A stretch of DNA of 64,000 nt, taken from NCBI GenBank assembly GCA_951406725.2, contig OX597820.1, positions 4,898,001 through 4,962,000 of the forward strand, in the 5' to 3' direction. The notes under the pieces are model-generated. The model ran no database searches. It worked only from the letters and a program-made list of their open reading frames with translations, and was not told where the DNA came from. Both the position numbers and the translations under genes were made by a program. This document shows positions 1 to 12,571 of the stretch, in pieces (the first letter of the stretch is position 1; every line of letters begins with the position of its first letter). Origin of the DNA: Octopus vulgaris. Taxonomy: Eukaryota.

Positions 1-989
1 GAATCTATATACATACAGTGATATGTATTTGTGTATGTACAAATACCAATGAATGTGTGAATATGTAGGATTTGACTTATGCATGTACACACACACACAC
101 ACACACACACAGTTGCTAAACGTTAGTCCTGCTTTATGTACTTTCACGCTTCTCTCAAAGGTTTCTAGCTGTAATTTTCTAATTACTCGCGTCCTTTTCC
201 GATTTGATGAAGTACAGCTTCTCAAGTTTGTTTCAACCCCCAGTAATTACTGGTATAAATCGTAAGTTTTTCATTCGTTTACTTTTTTCTTTTACTTCTT
301 GGCCAACTGAATTTTTTTACCACATATTCTTTTTGTTTTTTCTTCCAAAGTGCCAGATTCTTATGTCTGGTCCGTTATTCTTATTCGACAGGAACATTCT
401 ACCAGTCCTCTCTCATAAAGGATTATGTCCTCCAAATTCACTACAAGTTCTTATATCTTCATCACTATCCTTTCTGTGGACTATTTCAATGTTTTCGCCA
501 TTATACCCCCCCCCCCCCCCAACAGAGTGATTATATTAAGACATTTTCGGACAGCTACTTCTCACATGGGTTACATCTACGTAGGAAATTCACCAAAATC
601 AGCACCAATTGTTACATCCGGGGGTTTTACATGTATTCCTCCCCTCAATACATTTGGTATATTTTCCTATTTCGAAAAGTCATACAGTTTAAAGTGATTG
701 GTAACATAATAGTTGTTGGTCCAAGATACACTTGTCCAGTTCTCTTGAACATGTCAAAGTGGTGACGAACATCGCTTCATGATCATGAGGTCCCTGGCTT
801 GCAGCTTAGTGTGTAATATCTTAGGCAAGTATCTCAACTAAATTTCAGTTGACGGAACCTGTACTTCGTAATTCAACAGATTAGCTTGATCACACTTTGG
901 GCTGTGCTGTAACTTACAAAGGAATACGTTAAGGGTACACGTGTCTGCGGAATAGTCGGCCACATACCCTACAACGCTGTTTGCGGAGG

Positions 990-1350
990 GCTCACGGGTG
1001 TGTGTAGTAAGAGGTGTTTGCTTCTGAACCACTTGAGTCTGGGTTCGGTACTACTGCGTGGACTCTTGGTCATCCGTTTTCTACAATAGTCTTGGCAGTG
1101 GATTTGGTAGGCGGAAACTGAAAGAAGCTCGTCGTGTATATACGTGTGTGTCTGACTGTGTTTGTTCCCCACCGCCGCTTGACAACCATTGTTGGTTTGT
1201 TTATGTCCCCGTAACTTAGCGGTTTGGCAAAACAGACCGATAGAAAAAGTGTCAGGCCTTAAAAAGTGTATTAGGTCAAATTTTGTGATTAAAGCTTTAA
1301 AGGCGGTGCTCCAGCATAGCCGCAGTCTATCGAACCAACAAATAAAAGAA
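990..1350 (+). mobile_element. tRNA-derived SINE, family K (CORE-like), degenerate
   Basis: Shares gtggatttggtagrcggaaactgaaagaagc and ccccgtaacttagcggtt...ctccagcatrgccgcagtc blocks with copies at 25775, 35063 and 61280. Confidence 0.75.
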
Positions 1351-1979
1351 CATAGACTATAGTACAGTCGGTTGTTTTGTTAACCATGTCTATGGAATAC
1401 ACAACCACTAATACTAATTCAAACAGCAGTAAGTGCAGTACTGAAATACTCCTCGTCGAAACCAACGGAGATCCATTTCTTTTCGTTATTTGTCATTGTC
1501 ATTCCGAGGTTTTTCTGAGAACAGTCAGGTATGACTTTCCTATTAATGAACCGAATATCTTTCATCTGGTGACCCCTATTCGAGGATAATTCCGTCGACC
1601 ATTTTTCTGAATTTCGAGATGCAGATTTACTCACTGGATGCAAGGCTGCCAAAAACAGGGGCGATTGTGACATTCACAGTTCGAATCGACGTTGTGCCAG
1701 CGTTTCTGGCTTTATGCAAACAAGGATAATACGACTGCTGATGGTTGCTCGTTATTTTCAGGTTTTTAACGCCAGAGGCCCGGACCCCATCGAGCTGCCT
1801 AAATATAGGTAAACATTGTGGAGCAGGGGCATTAATTTATTGGGCGTAGCGTTCCAAGAACATAAAGGGACACAGCATGAATAGCATTGGGTTTTCTCGA
1901 TGGTATAAACATAAACACTGGACTCACAAATATATATCTTTGGAAGGGGTTTCATTGACCACGAAGGGAAGAAATAAGT

Positions 1980-2190
1980 CTACTACAGGCATAAGCCCTG
2001 AAATTTTGTGTGGAAGGGGTTAAACGATAACATGGACCCCAGTGCTCAATTGGTACTTATTTTACCGACCCCGAAAGAATAAAAGGCAAGGCTGACCTCG
2101 GCGGAGTATGAGCTGAGGAGGTAAAGCCGGAAGAAATGCAGCTGAGCATTTTATCCGGCGTCCTAACCATTCTACCAGCCCGCAGCCTTA
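1980..2190 (-). mobile_element. SINE family M (Meta-domain-like), degenerate
   Basis: ggtacttattttaccgaccccgaaagaataaaaggcaaggctgacctcggcgg matches the reverse complement of the family core. Confidence 0.75.
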
Positions 2191-2559
2191 GGGGGTGAAA
2201 CAATGATCAAGAACAATAATGAAGCAAATAGGGCCCCTTCTCAATATGGGACAACCACATAGGGCGATTCCGAGCACCTCACACGAACCTTAAGACTAGT
2301 AATTATAGCGATACTACTACTACTACTACTACTAACAATAATAATAATTATCCAGTCTATACCTAGCTTCTGTGGTTTTCTTTCAAATCGATTATCAAGA
2401 TGTAATTAGTCCCCTTAGGCTGTTCCCTGACCCTTTAAAATATGATGAGGGAGCGGCAATCCCTTGGGGCCTCCTATTAGTGTCAGTTTAATCTTCCTTC
2501 CCCTGCCAACACGACCCCAATCATCACACTCATCTCCACCACCACCATAAACACTGTCG

Positions 2560-2915
2560 CTACAACCCCCCCCCCACTATTCTCACCTCCTCCCCCCACT
2601 TTTTACCCCCTCTTCCCCACCATCCCCAGTTTAAGTCGTCTTTCATACTTATGTAATGGTTCACATCTACGAACACACACAACACACACACGGAAGTAAG
2701 CTTACACATAAATAAGCGTACACCCAAACACGCACACATATACAATGCATACACATACATCCTATCAGTCATACATACAAACACATTCACTGATTCACAC
2801 ACACATCCATGCTAATGCGCGCGCGTACACATACCTCTGTCTCCCTGTCTGTTTGTCTCCCTCTCTCTCTGTCTCCCTGTCTCTCTGTCTGTCTGTCTCC
2901 CTCTCTCTCTCTCTC
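2560..2915. repeat. Mixed (CA)n/(CT)n/(CTGT)n microsatellite region
   Basis: Visible simple repeats; overlapping ORFs are low-complexity. Confidence 0.75.
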
Positions 2916-2939
2916 ACCGTGCATAGAGGTTTTGTGTGC

Positions 2940-3095
2940 AGGCATAGCCGTATGCTTAAGAAGTTCGCTTTGGAACTTGTGGTTCCGGGTTCACTCCCTC
3001 GATGCAACACATGCTAAAAGTGTTTTTTGCTGCCCCAAATTATCCAAAACCCGATAAGTGAAATTTGGTCAATGGAAACTGTATGGAAGCCCGTC
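2940..3095 (+). mobile_element. SINE family K 5' fragment
   Basis: gtggttccgggttcactc...gtgaaatttggtcaatggaaactgtatggaagcccgtc resembles the K head and core. Confidence 0.55.
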
Positions 3096-3592
3096 AAGAA
3101 TGTTCCTGTTGCTAATCAGTCGCTTGATTTAACTTCATCGGACCTCGAGTAGCTTCAGTGTATTTAGCTGTTCTGTTGCAAATATTCGAGTTGGACCCCG
3201 GCCCTGACTATAACTTCCTTCCTCTCTGTCATCATTTACGAAAAGCCTGACACAGTTCTCTACATTATTAACAGAGAAAAGATAATCGTCTAAACCGAAG
3301 CTATGAAGAATATTTTCTTAAATTTTGTGAAGACGGTGAAGTTCCAAATGATATTTCACGAATCATGGAGGTAAAGGTCACTCTCAACAGGAGTGAGTGA
3401 GCTACGTTGTAGAGCAGGTACTCCATTTTTTCACTGAGTCCTAACACGATCAGTTCCTAGTCTTGACTGAAGGACATGAGTATCTGGATGTCCCTTCCTG
3501 TTCTTCAATACCAGCTCCATAAAGAAGGTGGCTAATTATCAATTCTGTAGGGACTGGTTCCCAGAAAAATAATAGAAAGGCGGTTACATCTT

Positions 3593-3822
3593 GCGGCGAG
3601 CTGGCAGAAACGTTAGCACGCCGGGCGAAATGCTTTGTGGTATTCCGTCCACCGCTGCGTTCTGAGTTCAAATTCCGCCAAGGTTCACTTTGCCTTTCAT
3701 CCTTTCGGGGTCGATTAAATAAGTACCAGTTACGCACTGGGGTCGATGTAATCGACTTAATCCGTTTGTCTGTCCTTGTTTGTCCTCTCGGTGTTTAGCC
3801 CCTTGTGGGTAGTAAAGAAACA
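3593..3822 (+). mobile_element. SINE family M, near full length
   Basis: gcggcgagctggcagaaacgttagcacgccgggcgaaatg...gagttcaaattcc (B-box-like)...gcctttcatcctttcggggtcgat core...gtagtaaagaaa tail; many copies in window. Confidence 0.9.
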
Positions 3823-4486
3823 GGTATTGGCTGTGACAACCAGAGTTGTCTACCAGCCACGGTATCATCCGGGAACCGTGTGTTGTCTTTCAAAACTACG
3901 AGGCCTTTCTTTCCTGTGGATGCCATTGTATATTGTTTTAGAAAAATCCTCTTTTCTCAATATGTTTTTCAATATTTTTGGCCAGCTGCTTATTACATGT
4001 CTTACGCCCTCATCCACAGAAAAAGGACATAATCGATATTTGCAGTTGAATTACGGGATTTTAAGGGTCTCATTGTTTCGTAGCTATCTCTTGTCCTTGG
4101 ACTGAAATACAATCTTCGAGATGTGATGCAGCGACCCCAATCCCAAGAGAGGTTCCACTTCATGTTAAGATTATCATCCTTTACAAGCTTATGGGGACAC
4201 ACCTTTGCCTAACTTTATTCTGCTTCTTTCCCAAATCTTTGCTGAGGTCTTTTAATGCTGCATTTCTGACTTCATAAGATCGATCATCTGGAAGTGAATG
4301 TTTCTTCGGGAGTTCGTTCACTTCTGGCCTGTAGGGGTATTACTCACTTCAGTTTTGAAGATCGTGGGGTCTATTGTTGTTGCTATAGCTTATCAGATGC
4401 TGTCATAGTGATTTCATAACAGCGAATGCTGTCCGTTCTAATCTTTAACCTCTTCTATCTCTCCTTCGATATAGTCTATTAATATA

Positions 4487-4845
4487 GGTTTAAAATTTTG
4501 GCACAAATTTCGAAGGTAGGGAGAATTTCGGGGGTAGGGGGTAGAATTTCGGGGGTAGGGGTAGAATTTCGGGGCAGGGGTAGAATTTTCGGGGGCAGGG
4601 ATAGAATTTCGGGGGTAGGGGATAGAATTTCGGAGCAGGGAATAGAATTTTCGGGGTATGGGGTAAAATTTCGGGGGTAGGGGGTAGAATTTCGGGGGTA
4701 GGGGGTAGAATTTCGAGGGTAGGGATAGAACTTTGGGGGTAGGAGGTAAGTCTATTACATCAACCCCGTTGTTCAACTAGTACTTATGTTACTGACCCCG
4801 AAAGGATAAAAGACAAAGTTGACCTCGGCGGCATTTGACCTCAAT
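4487..4845 (-). mobile_element. SINE family M copy containing an expanded minisatellite
   Basis: Core gaccccgaaaggataaaagacaaagttgacctcggcgg at about 4795-4832; G-rich tail segment tandemly amplified. Confidence 0.7.
4515..4745 (+). repeat. G-rich ~21-bp minisatellite (agggggtagaatttcgggggt), about 11 copies
   Basis: Directly visible tandem units. Confidence 0.9.
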
Positions 4846-5631
4846 TGGCTGCTAATATTACTCTTTCTGTGGAAAACATGTAGTTGATGTCAGGATCTTG
4901 CAGGCACCTTCTGATATTGTTTTCCAGCTTTTTGGTTTAAGTCCTGTACTATATTCCTTGTTCTCGGCACCTTTGTATGATACATTTTCATTAATACATA
5001 AGTATTTGTAACCCTCATTGTGTAGAATGGGGGAAAACAGAGAGCTTTGATGTAGAAACAAGTATTTTCGCTTACAATAACTTTTAGTAACAATGAACTG
5101 GGCAAAAGGATCGCAAACCTTATCCCTCAATGGAAACTTAGCCCTCGAGGCTTATCATTTCTTCAGACAGTAGAACATTAAATTGCTCGGCAACTCACTA
5201 CACTATTTTCGTGAAGCTCCTAGAAGAATTGGCTGAGTCATCTTGTGTAAAGTTTGGCCATTATGTATAAGACAGTAAGTAATAGCGAGTCAGTGTTGTC
5301 TTTCTTAGCTGTTAAGATTTGTCTCTGTTATGGCAGACAAGTGAATATATTACGCCAATCTGGTCTGCTTTAGGTGTTTGTGTTAACGAGATATTGCACC
5401 AAGAAAACCAACAAGATACACTGAAATTTCTATGTTCCTATCTGCATACATATATAAACGGGGTTATTTCTATATTTCCGCTGACAGCATTAAGACCAAA
5501 CCACTGTAACTGGTCGATTTATATCGGGTGGGATGGGAAAATATACAATGTGATTGCAAGATGGTGGACGAATAGTGTCGCTGCTATAACTGATGAGACT
5601 GGAATAACTGTTGGCAGCTGTTCAAAGAGAA

Positions 5632-6028
5632 TCTTTATATATAAAAGTAAGGTTGTGTGCTGTCTGTCTCCTACGATTTAGATTCCTAACTACTCCCACA
5701 TTTTGCGGTGCAGTTTAACCAAAAGCGGGTATCTTATAGTCGTCATTCATATCGAGCCCTTCTGGGTATTAGTGCGCGTCTACGATGAGTCTACGATTTA
5801 AAAAAAATTCACCATCATTTTTTTCCATTTTAATGCATTTTTTTGCTATTATATAAGGGAAGTAACTCTCTAAAAATGTCTACGATGAGTCAACGATTTA
5901 AAAAAAATTTACCATCATTTTTTTCCATTTTTAATGCATTTTTTGCTATTTTTTGGCTATAACTCTCTAAAAATGCTTATATAGTTATTTCCCTTACAAA
6001 CCCGAGCAACGCCGGGCGATACTGCTAA
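5632..6028 (+). mobile_element. Non-autonomous Helitron, family H1
   Basis: A|TC 5' end, subterminal hairpin cccgagcaacgccggg, CTAA|T 3' end, no TSD; four copies in window. Confidence 0.88.
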
Positions 6029-6648
6029 TTTGTTTATAAATTCAAAGTGAAAGTCATTGGTGCATAGGTTTGTGTCAGCAGTTGTAAAAGCAGTCACCGT
6101 TTTTAAGCGGTGAAATACGCAACTCGAAATAATCCGTAATATCGAGGTGCCGTGTTGTTACTCATAAGTCAACTGCACAACTGGAATGGCAATTAGTCTA
6201 TATGAGTGTTGTATAAAGCTTAACGAAAGAGCAGTGGATCACGTTACTGGTCACGTGAGTGACTGTGGATTAATTTGGGGAAAAGCAAAAAGACTTGAGA
6301 AGCAAGAGCTGCCAAGAGAATCTATCTTCCGATCAGTTCATTCCAGGAACGAATGTTTTTTGAACTGAATTTGTCCTTCTCAGTTCGGAGTCACGAACAG
6401 GTGAGACCTCAGCTACACATAACCTTAAATATTTCAATACAAAAGAAATTACGTGTCAGCTATTTTATAGGAAGACTTCACTAACATTTTGCTGCTATGT
6501 AATGCTTCTATATGCTGCTGCTGCTGCTGCTGCTACCCATAATTCAGTTACAAAAACGTTACTTGATTTTAAACGTTAAACGTGGAATATGTGAAGCGGT
6601 TGTCTGTCCTCATCAAGAATAGGACAATAGTCCACCTAATATATAATA

Positions 6649-7018
6649 CTAGCACTATGACCCGGCGTTGCCGGGTCATAGTGCTAGCGCATGCATATAC
6701 AGCTGCGTGCGTGCGTGCGCACATACACGCGAGTACTGTCCAAATCTCCGACCAATCACATACAGCTAGCTGGCATTCAATTGGCGTATCAAGTTTCAGG
6801 CATTTTGATTGGGTTTTGGATAGAACATTCACAAAAAAGTCACTTCTATTCATTTTTTAATGGCTTTGCAGGGTGACTGGGGAACTGTAAAGGTGTGCAC
6901 GACCACCCTTGGACGGTTTTGAATGACCATAGAAAGTGCGAGCTCTCTAACAGAAAAATTGGGGATTTGTATAAAGGATATACACACACACACATTTTGC
7001 CGTTTATAAATATAGAGA
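6649..7018 (-). mobile_element. Non-autonomous Helitron, family H2
   Basis: Minus strand reads A|TCTCTATATTTATAAA...CTAG|T; terminal 18-bp perfect hairpin at 6649-6687. Confidence 0.8.
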
Positions 7019-7166
7019 TTAAAGTTCCTCATCCCAGAAATATACAGTTGTTAAAAAAATGTTTCCCTAATTAAAGAAAGAAAAGTTATTGATTTGGGCT
7101 TCGATTCATCGATATAATCGCGGAGGAAAAGCATTTTAGGCGGCCATCTTTTGTATGTGTGTTACT

Positions 7167-7322
7167 CAAGAAAGAAAATGGAGGCTGCAGCGACCAAAGC
7201 CTCCATTACGGATCCGTTGTGAACTTTGCAACAGACGCTTCCATGCAAGAATCGACCTCATTTGTCATCAGAGGCATAAACACGGACAGAGGGGAAGAAT
7301 TGGTCAAGAAGAAGCCAAATAG
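7167..7322 (+). pseudogene. Single C2H2 zinc-finger fragment, probably the 3' end of an RTE-type LINE
   Basis: Frame from 7167 reads QERKWRLQRPKPPLRIRCELCNRRFHARIDLICHQRHKHGQ...stop; resembles the C..C.R.F.ARIGL.SHQR tail of RTE ORFs. Confidence 0.55.
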
Positions 7323-7395
7323 ATTATCGGACACACCATAAAATGCCGCTGCCGTCGACGACTCATCTATGTATGGCTGGACGTATGTATGTACA

Positions 7396-7505
7396 CGTGT
7401 GTGTGTGAGAGAGAGAATGTGTGTGAGAGTGTGTGTGTGAGAGTGTGAGAGTGTGTGAGAGTGTGTGTGTGTGTGTGTGTGTGTGAGTGTGTGTGTGTGT
7501 GAGTG

Positions 7506-7539
<34 letters not shown>

Positions 7540-7540
7540 G
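7396..7540. repeat. (TG)n/(GAGT) microsatellite
   Basis: Visible. Confidence 0.9.
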
Positions 7541-7995
7541 CATTTGCATTAGCTTTCTCGTTAAATATGCTCGAGGATAACAACAGCAATTTGTTGCTTT
7601 TGTCAATGCATAAGAGAACATCACAAGTTACAAGGTCACATGTAAGGATAGTGCTCCAGCTTGGTCTTACTCAACATAATTAAAAACAAAGCATAGTATT
7701 ATTGGAACATATTTCCCTTTTTCCTTCCCCGCACACATTAGGATTTGTCGTAGTAAAAGATATGTACTTTATGACATATCGTAACTGATTCAATTACCGC
7801 TGCAGAATTATTTTCTCAAATTTCACTAAATTCACGCCGTGATTAATGCGTTTTGATGAAACTTTAGTCTTCCACCAACTTCAATTCTCTCCTCCCTTCC
7901 TCGTCTCACAGCACTGACCGTGTGAAATATTTTACTTCATAAACTCTACCAGAGTCAACATAAACTGTGACCAGAAATACAAGTTGATATATATA

Positions 7996-8227
7996 TATTT
8001 CTTTACTACCCACAAGGGGCTAAACATAGAGGGGACAAACAAGGACAGACAAAGGGATTAAGTTGATTACATCGACCCCAGTGCGTAACTGGTACTTAAT
8101 TTATCGACCCCGAAAGGATGAAAGGCAAAGTCGACCTCGGCGGAATTTGAACCCAGGACGTAACGGCAGACGAAATACGGCTACGCATTTCGCCCGGCGC
8201 GCTAACGTTTCTGTCAGCTCGCCGCCT
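7996..8227 (-). mobile_element. SINE family M, full length
   Basis: Full reverse complement of the family consensus; ttgatatata on both flanks (possible TSD). Confidence 0.9.
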
Positions 8228-8699
8228 TTTGATATATAATTTCACAATATTTCATAACTGTTGTCGCTTCATGTCGAATATGGTTGCCTAGATTCTGACA
8301 ATTAGCCGAGTAGGTTTCTGCTGCTGTTTACAAAAGGGCGAAGAGGTCGTTGGAACCTCGGTAGTGAACGGTATAAACAATGGCTTAGGAAGACACTGGA
8401 CATCATTAAGAATATACTTAGCAGATGGTATTTTTTATGAACCAGAGATTATGTGGAATTTATAATGAATATTTTTATATATATTATATTATCTTCGATC
8501 GCATTACTTACATAGATGTATTTGTATAAGAAACCTAACTTGCAAAACTGGCTCTGAATTCTATAGAAAACCTAGAAAGATAAATTTAAATATATTACAG
8601 GTTTTTTTTTTTATCGAATTGTATATATAAAGAAAGTTACTGTTAGATTGACCAATCGTTCAGTACTTTTTAGAATTATTTAGAATTATTGCGAAAGAA

Positions 8700-8895
8700 A
8701 TCAAAGAAAAGACTCCAAAATATTCAAATGGTACCTGGACAAATTCGACCAAGAGTTCGCAGAGAAACCGACAACACACCAATACAATTCAGCAGATGGC
8801 ACCAACTACTCCAGGGGTCTAAGGGACCCTAAATCATGATTTAGAAACTGGAGACTTTTAAATAACACATGGCCTGGGACAGAAACAGCAAAAAC
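8700..8895 (+). pseudogene. CR1-like LINE 3' end relic
   Basis: Peptide KIFKWYLDKFDQEFAEKPTTHQY resembles the CR1-type FK..LDKFL..IPD.P C-terminus. Confidence 0.4.
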
Positions 8896-9686
8896 CTGAA
8901 TTTCTTTACACACACAAAAAAGGAATTCTTGGCCTGGGACTATTGTAGAGTATATCCGATGTTCTATGCAGTGGAATTTTATACGCAACCGACGTGATTC
9001 CGAAGCTAACTTGTTCACCACATAGCTATGCGTATGTCTATGTACAGATATTACATATATAGATTCGTCGGCAAAATGGTGATAGATACCTCATTATTTT
9101 GAATCACTTCTCCCTAAACCGTTAAAAAGCATTGCTGCAGTTACTTTCTTCCATACTACTCCTGTCATGAACGTTCTAACAGAAACTTCTAGATATCGTC
9201 CGCCTCCCTTATAATACACAAAACATTTTTCAAGAAAATGCTTTTTCAATTGGAATTCTGAGTTTCTCGTTATCGATTATTCAAACGACTGAAACAGTGT
9301 GAGAATATGTCACAAAAGATATTCGTAAATACTAGAAATGTGATTAATCTACGGCAAATAGAGATTTGATTGATTACAGAAAAAAAAGAACTCCTTAGAA
9401 AATGCGTCACTTAGTCATTATTCAGGTGATATGCACTTAGCGTGGCTTTTACTATAATTGTTTTCTTGTCTTTAGTATCATGTGTGTAGAACACACGTAA
9501 GCAAGAAAAAGACTATTTTCATGGAAGCCTTTGAGTTCATAAATTATTAAACGTTTTTTAAGCCTATAACTATGTATGCATAGGCGAAAGCATGGTTGTG
9601 CAGCATTTTGGGCAAGTGTTTTCTACCATACACATGGATCGACCAATGCCTTGTAAATGAATTTAACTGACAGAAGTTGTGTGGCA

Positions 9687-9902
9687 TATGTATGTATGTA
9701 TGTGTGTATGTGTGCATGTATGCATGTATGTATGTGTGTATGTGCATGCATGTATGTATGTATGTATGTATGTATGTATGTATGTATGTATGTATGTATG
9801 TATGTATGTGTATGTATGTATGTATGTATGTGCATGTGTGTATGTGTGTGTGTGTATGTATGTATGTATGTATGTATGTATGTATGTGTGTGTGTGTGTG
9901 TA
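9687..9902. repeat. (TATG)n/(TG)n microsatellite
   Basis: Visible. Confidence 0.92.
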
Positions 9903-9914
9903 TACACGTGTCCC

Positions 9915-10115
9915 GTGAGTGTGTTTGTTTCTTCATCGCTCGAACAACGGTGCTTGTTTGTTTATGTCTCCGTAACATAGCGGTTCGGTAAAAGGGGCTA
10001 ATAGAATGAACACTACGCTTAAAAAAAAGTTCAGGGGTCGATTTGTTGGACTAAAATCCTTCAAGGTGGTGTTCCAGCATGGCCACTGTCTAATGACCGA
10101 AGCCAGTAAAAGATA
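9915..10115 (+). mobile_element. SINE family K 3' half
   Basis: cgtaacatagcggttcgg...ggggtcgatttgttggactaaa...ccagcatggccac. Confidence 0.7.
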
Positions 10116-10454
10116 CGAGATTCATCCAAATCATGTATTCTTCACTTTTTTGAGAACTGTTTTTACCAGAACCAGACGAAATAAAATAAACAAAATCTTG
10201 TCTAAAAAAAAAAAAACAAACCAAAGAAAAACGTTTATTTGAAAGTATTTCGAATATTTCTGAATTCTTTTCAAAACGGCGATTCTTCTGGCTCTCCATT
10301 CCGCGACGTCTGCTAGAATCTATATTGCCACTGTCGTCACGGCAGGACTTATTTATCTTCAAATGGTCTACGTGAGGTGTTAAACGCTCTTCTATTTACA
10401 CATATGAGAAATCGAGACTCCACATATTGCTACATCATAAGTCCCGTTCTTATA

Positions 10455-10540
10455 CCACCACCACCACCACCACCACCACTATAAGCAGCAGCAGCAGCAG
10501 CAGCAGTAGCACCGCCACCGCCACCACCACCACCACCACC
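10455..10540. repeat. (ACC)n/(AGC)n trinucleotide repeats
   Basis: Visible. Confidence 0.85.
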
Positions 10541-10608
10541 TCCTCGTTTTCTCTTCCAGAAATGCCTATTGCATTCACCGCACCAACTGTTAAAGCCATC
10601 ATTGCATT

Positions 10609-10610
<2 letters not shown>

Positions 10611-10642
<32 letters not shown>

Positions 10643-10739
10643 TGACAATAATAATAATAATAATAACAATGATAATAATAATAACAATGACAATAATAAT
10701 AATAATAATGATGATAATAATAATAATAATAATAATAAC

Positions 10740-10771
<32 letters not shown>

Positions 10772-10808
10772 TGATAATAATAATAACAATGACAATAATA
10801 ATAATAAC

Positions 10809-10840
<32 letters not shown>

Positions 10841-10916
10841 TGATAATAATAATAACAATGACAATAATAATAATAATAATGATGATAATAATAATAATAA
10901 TAATAATAACAATGAC

Positions 10917-10969
<53 letters not shown>

Positions 10970-10997
10970 TAATAATAATAACAATAATAATAATAAC

Positions 10998-11035
<38 letters not shown>

Positions 11036-11113
11036 TAATAATAATAACAATAATAATAATAACAATAATAATAATAACAATAATAATAATAACAATAATA
11101 ATAATAATAATAA
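10611..11113. repeat. ~500-bp (AAT)n array with recurring AAC/GAC/GAT variants
   Basis: Visible; explains the poly-N/I/L/Y ORFs. Confidence 0.95.
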
Positions 11114-11903
11114 CGCAGCATCTTTTGTGATGGTAGATATTTTTAAAGTATTTCACCATGTTGGATGTTAAGACTTTCTTTCCACATTGTTTGATACTTT
11201 TTTTTTAAAAATTGCGAAATAGAGGGAAAAATTAAGTGAAAACACAATCCGTTATCAAAGGGAGTCACTAAGCAACGCTTCGTTACACAATGGAATTTAG
11301 TTTGTTGCTTCGATTATTATTATTATTATTAGTGTTGTTGTTGATGACGATGATGATGTTGATACTGTTGATGGTACTATTACTGTTTTTCATGTTGTTG
11401 TCATTGTTAAAATTCTTATTGTTAATGGCGGACTTCTTGTTATTGATGTCACCATTGCTGTTGTTGTTATTATTGTTATTGTTGCTACTATTATTGTTGT
11501 TGCTATTATTGTTGTTGTTGTGTTTCTGAATGCCATCATTGCCGTTGTTATTGTTACAAGAAAACCTCGTACAGAAGCTGTCTATAATGTTTGTGCGAGC
11601 ATCTTCAGTGTTGAGATTGTCTGGTCTTCGTCCTCCTTCTTAAACCCTGTTGTTGTCAAAGTGCAGGGCATACTGAGAAATACTTACCACCCAACTCATT
11701 CTGCGCATGAGCAGCAGCAGCAGCAGCAACAAGACGATAATTTCCTTACTAGTTTCAACGTGTATTTTTGCTATCTTTTGTAACCGTCCTCAGAAACTAT
11801 TATGTTGAGAAGCGGAAGACGTTGAGAGTGAAATCTGCTTAGTTCTGTAAACAATTACAAACGGGAGTTTTAAACAGATTTTGTGACTCAGCTTTGGATG
11901 GAA

Positions 11904-12298
11904 GCACTCCGTCGGTTACGACGACGAGGGTTCCGGTTGATCCTAATCAACGGAACAGCCTGCTCGTGAAATTAACGTGTAAGTGGCTGAGCATTCCACA
12001 CACACACACACACACACACGTGTACCCTTAACGTAGTTCTCGGGGATATTCAGCGTGACACAGAGAGTGACAAGGCCGGCCCTTTGAAATACAGGTACAA
12101 CAGAAACAGGAAGTAAGAGTGAGAGAAAGTTGTGGTGAAAGAGTACAGCCGGGATCACCACCATCCTCTGCCGGAGCCTCGTGGAGCTTTTAGGTGTTTT
12201 CGCTCAATAAACACTCACAACGCCCGGTCTGGGAATCGAAACCGCGATCCTATGACCGCGGGTCCGCTGCCCTAACCACTGGGCCATTGCGCCTCCAC
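11904..12298 (-). mobile_element. tRNA(Arg)-like SINE, family R, full length (tail type 1)
   Basis: Minus strand head gtggaggcgcaatggcccagtggttagggcagcgg...gtttcgattccc with A and B boxes. Confidence 0.88.
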
Positions 12299-12571
12299 GG
12301 CTCAGCTTTACATCGTATTCGAACGTCTCAAGATTTTAACCAGGCCAATAGGAAAAAAAACCTGAGCAGTGAATTATGGAAACATGTTCAAAGCAGCCTA
12401 AAATAGCCGGAACACAGTTGTCGAAACGTTGGTCCTTCGGCTCGGTAACGTCATTCATGGTTAGTAGTGTGGCTGTCCTCGTTGTCTCTAAGGATAATTT
12501 CTCCTCTTGAGACTGCTTGTGCAGCGTATTGTCTTTCCATGTTCGAATGTAGACGAACGTGTTAAATAATA

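Larger units (their letters stand above)
3860..5150 (-). pseudogene. Decayed non-LTR retrotransposon, R4/Dong-like (RT C-terminal part and CCHC knuckle), interrupted by a SINE
   Basis: Minus-strand peptides QSSLFSPILHN (RT QG..LSP motif), EGYKYLCINENVSY (YKYLG motif) and NCKYRLCPFSVDEGVRHVISSWPK (degenerate C-X2-C...H-X4-C) in the expected order; many stops. Confidence 0.55.

Noticed and set aside
10430-11171. Poly-N/L/I/Y ORFs
   Set aside because: (AAT)n microsatellite artefacts
12220-12298. tRNA-Arg gene (also at about 21190, 39161 and 50840)
   Set aside because: A and B boxes are present, but there is no proper acceptor stem and each runs into a repeat body, so these are SINE heads
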